Shown: piece by piece, positions 14,192 through 25,793 of the stretch
How the letters are laid out: every line of letters begins with the position of its first letter
How positions within the stretch are numbered: the stretch's first letter is position 1
Source: Syncephalis fuscata S228
Taxonomy: Eukaryota > Fungi > Zoopagomycota
DNA length: 64,000 nucleotides
Assembly (NCBI GenBank): GCA_025786725.1
Contig: JAHLTZ010000027.1
Location: 124,001 to 188,000, forward strand
Reading direction: 5' to 3'
The notes under the pieces: generated by a model
Told to the model about the DNA's origin: nothing
What the model saw: the letters and a program-made list of their open reading frames with translations, nothing else
Databases searched by the model: none
Program-made: the position numbers and the translations under genes

Positions 14192-15587
14192 GCGTTGAAC
14201 ATCAGCATGGATAGTCAATTGGCGCATGTCTTTAAATGTAAATAATAAATAAAGATAGTTACTGCTGTATTTAACATTTGATTATTTAGCTTGTAAAGCA
14301 ACCATTCTTGCTAGTGCTGTAATTATATAGACCAAATACATATTTAATTTAATTTTTATGTGTAAATTATAATTAATAAGCTAGTCAGATTGTCAATGGC
14401 AAAATAGGTTATTTATCACTTATTTCTAAATCTAAAAGTTAAAATAGAATACGACTAAAAACAAACTATTGTTAAATTTATTATATTTGAAACTGTAATT
14501 TAATATATTTGCAGTGAACATGATTTAGATGATTGTCATAGTCGCATCATTCGTATCAATGCCAAAACTATATTATTGCAGCTTTGAATATTGGATATTA
14601 TAAATGATGATTAAGCGATAAGAGAATAGAGAAAACGTATTGGTAGTGTAATCAAAGTAATATATTTTTAACAAAGTATATGCTAATAGAATATGGAGCT
14701 GCATTTCAGTCAAGGTACAGCTACTACAAGCTAATCGTCGCAGTAATCTTGATTGTAGCAATTCTGATAATTCAATAGGCTATTCGAGTTGAATGTTTGA
14801 TGTTTGCATTACCAAATATGGTCATTATAAATTATGTGATTTTTATACGTTTAGAAATCGTAGAAGTGGATTAGCTAGTATTTGGTATGCAGTTAGAAAA
14901 CGGATACAGAACCAGTGTGCTTTTTCCAGCAATAAAGACATTACAATTCTGAGCATCATTTTGCCTTATGCATGATCTTTACATAACAGCAATAGTTGGT
15001 ATTTGTTAAAACAACATTATCACATTAAAGAACTTGGCTTATCAAAACAAATAAATATTGTGTTTTTAATGAAATTGTTATTATTATAGTTTTAAAGCAC
15101 TATAATTGTCGTCGTAAATATTTGTTTTTTACTGTAAATAACTGAGTATTCAACTTACCTTGTATTCATATTGAATATTTATTATTGTTTCTGTCGCCTT
15201 AAATTATTTATGATGAATATTTACAATGTTTGTGCACAATACTAGCTATCTTATTGCTCATATGGCAGGTGAAATTACTAAAAAGCTGATTTCCTTGTAC
15301 AGTGCTGGCAAAATGACAACAAAATAATATCGCAACATAATAGTGCTAAACGATGCATTATTTGAGTATAGCTACACCGGAGTAATATAGTCGTGTGAAA
15401 TATTGCGCTTAATTAACTGCTAAGCAATTACTTAGTATGAAAACTGCTTTAAAGTAGCATTATATTCTCATTCTCATTTCTCTTGCCAACATACTGTCTG
15501 TAAATTGTTTTGTTTGAATCGTATCTGCTCTAGTGTTTAGTTTGATTGTGTTGCACAGCTGTCATCTATTCTACCTGAATTTTAAAT

Positions 15588-16798
15588 ATGCTAAACAATG
15601 CTCGTGTGCTTCAAGTTGGCGCTGGAAGATTATCGCAACCTTTGAATATTTTCTATGAGATTCATGGCACTGGTAGTCGTCGTGTACTTTTTATTTGTGG
15701 CAAGTATATTGTTATATATCTATGACACAGCGCACAAATATTAATGAGTCAACCAGGCCTTGGCAGCACACGTATAGCATGGCGCCCTCAAGCACTATTC
15801 CTAGCGCGGCATGATTGCCAGGCATGCATTTTTGATAATCGCGGCATGGGCGATTCAGGTGATTCTATTTATGAGACTATGACAGCTTTGTTAACCAATA
15901 CCCCAAAGATATTTCCACCCAGCCTCATACGTAACTTGCAATATCGTACAACTAGATTATGACTGCACTAATGGCAATTTAGCGTTGTAGATCTGGCCAA
16001 TGATACTGCAGAACTGCTGGACCATTTGGGATGGAAATCAAATGTCCATCTTTTTGGCGTCAGTCTAGGCGGCTATATTGCACAAGAATTGGCTAGCTTG
16101 CATCCAGCATACTTTTCAAGCTTGTGCCTGACAAGCACTTTTGCAAATCCTGGCGATCCACTAGTAAGTCATGACCACTGATATTTAATTATACCAATAC
16201 TACCACTGCTTTAATGATATTTTTGATAATTAGAACAAGCCATCGCTAAATCGCTTGAAAGAAGCAGTGGGATTGTGCTTTGACGAGTTTTTTGAAAGAA
16301 TGATTTTCCTAGTATTTCCAGAGGTAAGCAATCATGCAAGCTACTATGTTTTAATACTGTTTATTTAGAAATGGTTGAGTGAACCATCAAAAAACAAGTC
16401 AGAAATGACAAACTATGCTTTAATAAAAGCTGTACGTTGATTTTTACAATGGCAATATATATTTAATAACATTATTATTGCAATAATAGAGCCTGCCGAA
16501 ACAAAGTCCAGCCCAACAAGAAAGACTTATGGAAGGAGTCAGAGGACAATTTCACGCCGCTAGCACTGGGCGTATCACAAAAAAGCAGCTACATATAATT
16601 CGGAAAAGTAAAATCAACACACTAGTTTGTACTGGTGATGTGGATCAATTGATTCTACCTTTCAACGCTGAATATATTTCAAAAGTGACTTGTGCTCCAT
16701 TAAGAGTATTCAAAGGCTGTGGGCATGATATTAGCCTACAAGAGTTTGAACAGTATTGTCAAGCTATTCTTGAGCATATTAATGGCACTATCGATTAG
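15588..16798 (+). CDS. Alpha/beta-fold hydrolase (abhydrolase_1-like), multi-exon
   Basis: IFYEIHGTGSRRVLFICGLG, FDNRGMGDS, nucleophile elbow GVSLGG, catalytic Asp (TGDVDQLI) and His (GCGHDI). First intron appears to be GC-AG. Apparent frameshift near 16260. Confidence 0.88.
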
Positions 16799-17509
16799 TT
16801 GAATAAACTGTTTATTCCTTTGATTCCAAAGTATTAAACAGCTGTTTGACTCTCAAATTAAAATAAACAGTCAACAAGTTGTTTAATGTTAACACACCAT
16901 CCTTAAATAAAAGCAATTAACAAAATGGCGTGTTACAATTGTCAAAAGTTTGTTTTTAGTGTGCTCGTACTTTGTAGTTATGCGAACATAAGAGCATGGT
17001 ATTTTATATTATTTTACAAAAAAACAATACTTATTTTATATTAACTTTTATTTAACATAATGATTTGTATCAAATAATTATTAATATATTGCCAATCATT
17101 ATAATAGATTGCTTTAATGACTACTGTTATACAACATTCTTTATCAACACTATACATTTTTATCCTTTTGTATTATTGGCATCGCTACTACCGTTATATT
17201 TATTATTTAGTTATGAAATTATTGTCGTTGTTATTATTAGCTTTGGCACGTATCCATCGCTTATCTATCACCATGGCATAATCGGGAAATTAATTGGTTT
17301 GCGGCGCTGATGTGAAACGATGACCAGATGAGCTCTGACCGTTTTCCTGCCTCTCACCCCTTCGGTTTTCCATATTCATTTTCTTCATCTCTCTGGTGCG
17401 GATCCCTTGACCTCGTCCATTACCATTATCTTGCTTGCTGGCGTCCTCTGCTACGTTACGTCCATTACGACCTATTCTTACTATATTAGCATTTACAGGC
17501 ACAATCATT

Positions 17510-19536
17510 ATGGTAGTTAAGATTCATCAGCGTATCTACAGCGACGAGGACCCGGCCGTGGTTGATCGCGCGTTCGAGCTAGCTTGCAGTGCATTTCGAC
17601 AGGAGTTAGATGCTTACTTGGCAGCAACACCGCGTAAGCCGCGCACCAAAAAATCTCGTCGGGCTAAATCAATCACACCAACAGCAAGGCGCGGTGGATT
17701 CAAGAAGACGCGAAATGATATCAGTCACGACGAAGAAGACGACGAAAGTAATACATTTCAGTTGTCGGCTAATAATTCACCGAACACGAAAAAACGTCGG
17801 CGTCTTTTATTCACAAAAAGTGACGTGGAAATTCATGAGCCGCACCTTGTGTCACCGATTAAAGAGATGGAGTTTGGCTATCTTCCTTTATTAATTGATG
17901 AGGAAAGTTCCGAAGGTGATAATGACGATGGTGAGGGTGAGGGGGATATAAGCTCAGAGTTGAATCAAGCTGAAAATCATGGAAGTGACGCGAGTAATGA
18001 TCAAGAGAATGTTGTACCACTTGGTATGGAGATAGCAACTACTACAACAGATAGTGATTTGAAAAAGGACTTACCACGCATAATAAAGGATGAGAAAATA
18101 CCGACTTTTTCAAATTCATCAGAAGTTGTAAAACTTCTTTCAAATGAATATGGACCGTGTAAGTAATTTTTATACGCAATAATAATAATAATAATAATAA
18201 TAATGTGTTGTGTTAAATGTCATTAATAGATTTCAAGTTTTCAAATGGATTTGGCTCATTAATGGAATTTAAGCAACCTCAAGTGGATCTTATTTATCCC
18301 AATGAGCAGACCAATGAATCGTATGTAACTGTTTATTTAGTTATACAAGATTTATCTTAACGATAATTCTTAATACACACACACACTATATATACATATA
18401 CTAGATTCATCTTGTGTGGACCGGTGACGCGTGGCCGACAAGCTATGGATGACCGACAAGCATACGCACCAGTAGATGATTTTGTTCAGACTATTGAAGT
18501 ATTTTGTCGTTATGTATTTCGTTCACGATTAGCACGGCAGATTGGCGGTGAGGTAAAAAGTCCACTAATGGAACTACTTGCCGCTAGAGCCACTCACGAT
18601 GGAGATCGATTTATGACCGCGCTAAAATGGTACACCGAACTTGTACAAACATCACGTACTCATGGCCGTATTATTCGACGTCGGCCCCAAGGCGGTGAAC
18701 TACCATTGAGCTTGTTTGTCATATCACGTATCAAGTGTATAGTCGCATTGTTGCACCGCAAGTTGAATCGCTACAAAACTACAAAGGTATGTCATTTGGC
18801 CAGTTATTTATCGATTATTTAATCTATACCAATATTAATATTTGCCATAGCATTCTCCAATTTTGTTTATGGGGAAATTAATTCACCACTGATGCGAGAT
18901 ATTATACATGAGGCACGTATCTCACATGACTCCGTGTTTATTGATCTGGGCTGCGGTATTGGCAACGTTGTGCTTCATGTAGCTGCACAAACGGGATGTG
19001 AAGCCTATGGTGTTGAAATCATGAAGACACCTGCTCGACTAGCCCAGTTACAACTACGGGAATTTGAAGCACGTATGCGGTAAGTAATTTTATCATAATT
19101 ACTATGATATACCACACACATGCCTCTTACACTATTGATTAGTGGTTACGGTTTTCCTTGTGGTAAGATCCAAATGATCAACGGCGATTTCCTTGAATTG
19201 GATCAAGTAGCTCAAATACTGCAACGAGCCGATGTTGTTATGGTTAACAACTATGCATTTGATGCACAGTTAAATCAGCGACTATTACAACTATTTCTTG
19301 ATTTAAAGGAGGGCACACGGATTGTTTCACTGCGTAATTTTGTGCCACTTGATCATAAAATTACCGTTAGAAATGCGGGTAGCACCGAGAGTATTCTTAG
19401 TATTACTTCGCATACCTATCCAAGTGGTTCAGTTAGTTGGACAAATAGTGGTGGACAGTATTTTGTTCAAACAGTTGATAGAACGGCCGTACAACAATTT
19501 TGGAAAGATATGGAACGACAAACGTCAACAAATTAA
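17510..19536 (+). CDS. DOT1: Histone H3K79 methyltransferase Dot1
   Basis: VYSRIVAPQVESLQNYKAFSNFVYGE (after restoring one T near 18706), SAM motif FIDLGCGIGNVV, YGVEI, VMVNNYAF, LKEGTRIVSL and VSWT. Basic/acidic disordered N-terminus. Start codon is inferred. Confidence 0.93.
18178..18204. repeat. (AAT)9 microsatellite in a DOT1 intron
   Basis: aataataataataataataataataat. Confidence 0.85.
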
Positions 19537-20214
19537 CGAGTAATCCATTATTAATAGTTTAATCTACTGGTTAAATGGTTCTATTTTTATTATTCTACTA
19601 TAGCTGTAATCTCGCGTTTCCTATCGCCTTTTCGCTCTTTATTAATCACTAACTATGGGCTGCATTTTGACGACTTACTATCCATTCAAACCACCCACCC
19701 ACTAGTCACCGACCATTATTACTACGAAAATACTATAGCGTACCATCTGTTTGATCATTTTACTATGTATCCGTGTTTTAATTATATTAAAACTTTTATC
19801 AAAGAGTTATACCCCAAAATAGTACCATTAATAAATAAGTGATTTCAATTATAGTCATCAACAATAACGTAACTATGCTTATCCGTATCCTAGTTGTACT
19901 ACAATATTATGATGAAAGGGGAATACGCTATAGTCAGTTGTGACATGTATATAAGATGATACATATCCTTTGAGTCATCACTTAACCCGAATCAACTTGC
20001 TCTTATAAAACTTCTTTTCAATTTCCGTGTGTTTCTGCCCATAACAGACACAGTGCTTATTCCACCACTTTCTCAACTCGTCTATTACACATCCTGACTA
20101 CGGTAGTCTATTCTATTCTACTCTATTACCGTATTTGTTTTTAAAAGCTTTAAGCTTTTCCACCTATTTTTATCTTTAGTACTGTTTAGACGGTGCATTT
20201 TATTAGCTACAGCT

Positions 20215-20608
20215 ATGACTCGTATGTCTTTATTTATGTAAGCTTGCGTGACACTTATAGACTAATCTACACTATCTAGGCGGTGATCAACGTGATCGTG
20301 CTCGCGAGAAGAATCGCAAAAAGATGGAGAAAGCCGGCAAAGGCAAGAAAGAAGAATCAGGCGCCAGTTTCACCAAGCGTAAAGAATCGTAAGTAGTATG
20401 ATTGTTCTTCTAATCTAGCTTAAACAAGTACTAATCGCGTAATAATAATGATAATACAAACTAGCGACGCGGAGATTATGCGAGAAAAGCAAAAGGTAAA
20501 TAGATTAGTTTATTTAATCAAAAGATAGATTAATAGCTATGTACGTGTATCAAATAGAAAGCTCAAGAGAAACGAGAAGCAGAAGCGGCTGCAGCAGGCA
20601 AGAAATAA
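20215..20608 (+). CDS. SERF: Small EDRK-rich factor (SERF/4F5 family), 4 exons; absent from the ORF track
   Basis: Spliced product MTRGDQRDRAREKNRKKMEKAGKGKKEESGASFTKRKESDAEIMREKQKKAQEKREAEAAAAGKK* carries the 4F5 signatures MTRGxQRxxARxKN and DAEIMREKQ. Canonical GT-AG introns. Confidence 0.95.
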
Positions 20609-20661
20609 CTCATTAAAAGAAATAGTCAATTTATATCGGATACCGATTCATATTGGTATTT

Positions 20662-21635
20662 CTATTCAGATGGTTGTTGTTGCTGTTGCTGTTGCTGTTG
20701 TTTTGTCTAAATTACAATAAAGCAATTAATATTAATATGTCAATTAATAACACGGTATTTACCTGATGAATTGCTGTGTAATAACCTGCATAATACCATG
20801 CCATCACCATGTTCATTGTATCTGGATCTAAATGATTTATCAGTTACTATTAGATTAATAATAATGTCAATGTTATTGATTAGATAATACCTTGAGGAAA
20901 TGTTGGATGAGATGCTGAAGTAAATGGATTGTAATGCTAATTAGATTGATACATTAGTATTATTAAGTATTATTAGATGATGATTACTTACTGGTGGATA
21001 TTGTTCATTTGTAGAATATTCATAATAACTGGGCTGTCCCAATGGATCTGTTTCCATTTCATTAATCTTGTATTGCTATCTGGAATAGTATCAGAATTTG
21101 TTGTTACTGGATTTGTTTTACTAGGTGTATTACTATCAGATTGAGCTGTATTGGTTGTTGACGTGTTTTCTATTTGTGTTTTAGTTTGTTTGCGTTGGTA
21201 TTGGCTACTATAATATAATAAGCATTATTTATATATTAAATATCTATGAACCACTTACGGAATACGTTTAAGCTTTCTTTTTGACTTGTTTACAGTATTG
21301 TCTTGTTTATTATTGGCGTGATATGTCTAATCTCTCGTTTAATTACTACATAATAAATAATAGTCTATTAGTTACCTGATATTCATGAACTGCAGCATCC
21401 CATGCTTCAATAAGCGCGCTATCATCCCATACATCATCTTCGTTCGTATTTTCACTTGATTGGCCTGTTCGTAGTTGTCTTCACGATTATAGGATATGGG
21501 CGCGTCATTGAATAGTATTGGTTCGTTTTGGACTGCATCCAGATCTACATAGCCTGTAGGACGCACAGCTGGTTCGTAATCTACCTCATATGCTGCCTCA
21601 TAGGCATCAAGCGCTGTATTGTGGCTATCTACCAT
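20662..21635 (-). CDS. SMN1: Survival motor neuron protein homologue (snRNP assembly), 6 exons
   Basis: Gemin2-binding motif DDVWDDSALIEAWDAAVHEYQ (needs one base restored near 21455) and C-terminal YG-box TMNMVMAWYYAGYYTAIHQ, then a poly-Q tail and TAG at 20662-20664. Second apparent deletion near 21067. Confidence 0.9.
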
Positions 21636-21792
21636 AATAAAGACAATGATATACTATGATATACTCTACAAAGAAATGCGCTATGTTAAAAAAACAATAG
21701 ATTGAATTCGTTGAGAAATAAATACACTGGTGCAATCATTGTCACTATTACTCGTTGTTTTTCATTCCACCTTTCTTTAATATAACTACACG
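21636..21792. promoter_or_regulatory. Putative bidirectional promoter shared by SMN and PRP6
   Basis: Only 157 bp separate the divergent ATGs at 21635 (-) and 21793 (+). Confidence 0.6.
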
Positions 21793-24700
21793 ATGTATAG
21801 TGTGGCAAAGGACTTTATGGGCAAGGCTGCACCGCCCAACTATGTGGCAGGTCTTGGTCGCGGGTATGTTATACGTGCAAACTAGAAGTGAATTTCCGTA
21901 GACTAACCTAGCTATTGTTCCATTTAGTGCTACTGGATTCACAACGCGATCAGATATTGGTCCAGCGCGAGAACCGCCAAGGTAGGCGACATCATAACTA
22001 GCCATCTATTACTAACAAATATACAATTGGATATAGCGAGGCTGCAATGGCAGCAGCTGCGGCGCAGATGCAACAAGATAAGGAAACTGAACCAGACCAG
22101 TATCAGGATCCAGATAATGAGGTTGGCCTGTTTAGTTCAATCCCTTATGAAGAGGATGACGAAGAGGCCGACCGTATTTATGACGAGGTCGATAAAACGA
22201 TGGATGAACGGCGTCGAGTTCGACGAGAGGCACGCGAGAAGGAAGAACTATTACGTTATCGAAAAGAGCGACCAAAGATTCAACAGCAATTTGCTGATTT
22301 AAAACGAGGATTAGCCGATGTCACCGACGATGAATGGGCCAATTTACCCGAGGTGGGCGATTTAGTTGGCAAGAATCGACGGGCCCGTGCCAATCGTATG
22401 GGTGACCGTTTTACACCATTGCCTGACTCGGTTCTACTTCGAGCGAAGGAATCAAGTCAAATGACCACAATGTTAGACGAGAGTGAACAAGTAAGTTATA
22501 CTGAATACTAGATTAGAATGGATAGGATGGCTGATTAATTATCTATATAGAAATACGGCAATAGTGGACTTGCTACACCGATGGACTCTGGCACAATGAC
22601 GGATTTCATTGAAATTGGACAAGCTCGTGACAAAATGTTGGGCATGAAATTGGATCAGGTAAGATAGATTTGCATATATCTAATTGGTATTAATAATAAA
22701 ATATTAGGCATCTGATTCTGTAACAGGTCAATCGGTTATTGATCCTAAAGGCTATCTTACAAATCTAGATAGTGTAATTATTAAAAATGATGCAGAGATT
22801 GGGTAAGTAAATTAAAACGTAGAATTCAATTTGAATAGTAAATCAATATTAATTGTTTATTAGGGATATTAAAAAGGCCCGATTACTATTGAAATCGGTC
22901 ATTACTACTAATCCGAAACATGCACCAGGTAATTATTATAGATGAAGTGTATAAATATAATATTAATAGCTGCACTTGTAATTAGGCTGGATTGCTGCAA
23001 CTCGACTAGAAGAAGTGGCTGGTAAATTGGCCCAAGCACGTAATATTATTACGCAAGGTTGCGAGGAATGTCCCAAGAATGAAGATGTTTGGCTTGAAGC
23101 TGCTCGATTAAACGTAAGTGCCAGTTAGTAATTATTAGATAGATCTGATATTAATAGTGTGTGTATATTAGTCGAATGAAAATGCAAAGATTATTTTGGC
23201 CAATGCTGTTCGACAGATTCCACAATCGGTTAAGATTTGGCTACAAGCACTTCAACTAGAAAGCGATCCAGCGGCTAAGAAGCGTGTTTTACGACGAGGT
23301 AAGTGTTTACTATTAAGTAAATACAACAGCGATGATACTGATAATACTAACATTGATGATATTAATGATATTAGCATTGGAACTTATTCCAAATTCAGTT
23401 AAATTATGGAAGGCAGCAGTTTCTATGGAAGAGAATCCAGATGATGCACGTATTTTATTATCACGTGCTGTAGAACTAGTACCATTATCTGTTGAACTCT
23501 GGTTAGCGTTGGCTCGATTGGAGACATATGACAATGCTCGTAAAGTACTTAATCGTGCCCGAACAACCATTCGTACAAGTCATGAAATCTGGATTGCTGC
23601 AGCCCGACTAGAGGAGGAGAATGGAGTGACTGATCGAGTTGAAGTGATTATTTCACGTGCAGTTAGTGATCTATCAAAACTTGGCACGGTGCTTGGTCGA
23701 GAGCAGTGGTTGCAAGAAGCGGAAGCATGCGAGAGACAAGGCAGTATTGCTACTTGTCAAGCAATTGTTAAGGCTACCGTTGGGTTAGGCGTTGAAGAGG
23801 AGGATCGCAAGTCAACCTGGGTTGAAGATGCTGAAAGCTGCATAGCACGAGGTCATATACAAACGGCAAGAGCCATTTATGCTCATGCACTTAGTGTATT
23901 TCCAGCCAAGAAATCGTTATGGCGACGAGCAGCATTCCTCGAGAAGGAACATGGTACAAGGTAATGCAATAGATAGAACAAAAGACATCAATGCATGCTA
24001 ATTTATCGATATAGTCAATTGCTAGAGGAATTGTTACGACGAGCTGTACAATACTGTCCACAAGCTGAAATTCTCTGGCTTATGTTAGCTAAAGAGAAAT
24101 GGGTCTCGGTAGGATAATATTAATATTAATACTAATCATTATGTTTATAATACAATGATATAGTATTATTTATTTGTTTGTAATTAATAATTTGTATAAT
24201 GCGTTAATAGAATGATGTGGATGGTGCAAGAGCTGTACTTTCAGAAGCATTCAAAGCCAATACAAACAGCGAACAGATTTGGTTGGCAGCAATTAAACTG
24301 GAAAGTGAAAATGGCGAATACGATAGAGCCCGTGTTCTATTGGAGAAGGCGCGAGAACAAGCAAATACACAACGAGTAAGTAATCAATAAATAATCTAAT
24401 AATAACTATAATATATTTATTTGTTTGTTTGTTTATAGGTATGGATGAAATCGGTAGTACTTGAAAGACAGCATGGTCGAACAGAAGAGGCGTTGAAAAT
24501 GCTGGATGAAGCATTAAAGCGATTCCCAACCTTCGACAAGTTATGGATGATTCGTGGTCAGATATTCGAAAGTATGGGCCAGATACCAAAGGCCCGTGAA
24601 GCATTTGTTGAAGGATGTCGACAATGTCCTCGTTCAATAACATTATGGATATTATCGGCTCGTTTAGAAGAACAGGCAGGTGTATTAATTAAAGCGCGTG

Positions 24701-25344
24701 CTTTATTGGAACGTGCACGTTTACGCAATCCCAAAGAGCCAGCACTTTGGCGTGAGTCTGTAGCGATTGAACGTCGTGCTGGCAATACAGCTGTGGCCAA
24801 GGCATTATTGGCAAAAGGTAATTAACAACGGTAGCAAGTTTATCTTTTATTAATTATTTTATTTGCAAAATCAGCCTTGCAAGAGTGTCCAAATGCTGGT
24901 ATGCTATGGTCAGATATGATATTTATGGAGCCACGGCCTATGCGTAAATCAAAGTCAGTCGATGCACTTAAGAAATGCGACAATGATCCTGTGGTGATTA
25001 TTGCAGTAGCCCGATTGTTTTGGGCTGAACGCAAGCTGGACAAGGCGCGTACTTGGTTTAGTCGTGCATGCAAACTTGATCCAGATAATGGCGATGCTTG
25101 GGCCTGGTGGTTCAAGTTTGAATGCCAGCAAGGCACGCAGGTAAGTGGCCATGAATACAATTACAGTGGAAATAGCATATACTAACGACGACTATGATAG
25201 GAACAACGTGAAGAGGTACAACAACGATGTTTAGCAGCCGAGCCACGTCACGGTGATCATTGGCAACCAATTGCTAAAGATATACGTAACGTTGGTAAAC
25301 GTAGCGGAGATCTATTGCCATTAGTAGCAGCTGAATTGGAATAG
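21793..25344 (+). CDS. PRP6: Pre-mRNA splicing factor Prp6 (U4/U6.U5 tri-snRNP, HAT/TPR repeats), ~14 exons
   Basis: N-terminal [71 protein letters not shown], multiple HAT repeats and C-terminal [10 protein letters not shown]...AEPRHG. Confidence 0.98.
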
Positions 25345-25431
25345 TTAGTTATTGTTGATAATACAAATAAAATAGACTAGAGTTATAGGCATCATAATAG
25401 AACCATTTATTGTTATTGAGCACAAATCAAA

Positions 25432-25793
25432 TTATTTGTTGCGAAGTTCCTCGACAAAGTCAATATACTTTTGCTGGGCTGCTTCCTTTGAAATGCCCTT
25501 GTTTTCGGTCCAAGCATCCCACTTGTACTTGGCTGGGTCGAGAGGATTCCAGCTTGATGGGCGGTCGGCTATTAATAGCAAATATAGAATAAAACAATGA
25601 TAGTTAGATATTTATGTATACTTAAGAATAAATCAGTATAACTGAGTATGCACTTACTGGTGTTGTCGCCCACGGTAGCCTGCTTGAAGAGACCGTACAG
25701 CTTTAGCTTGGTTTCGTCGGCGTTGGCCGAAGTAAAAGTAGTTACATCCTTAGCAGCTTGGATGAAAGCGGCATTTCCAGTAGCTTCAGCCAT
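25432..25793 (-). CDS. ACB1: Acyl-CoA-binding protein (ACBP), 2 coding exons
   Basis: Exons 25658-25793 and 25432-25568 give ...[62 protein letters not shown]. A probable 5'UTR intron lies at about 25821-25880. Confidence 0.95.
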
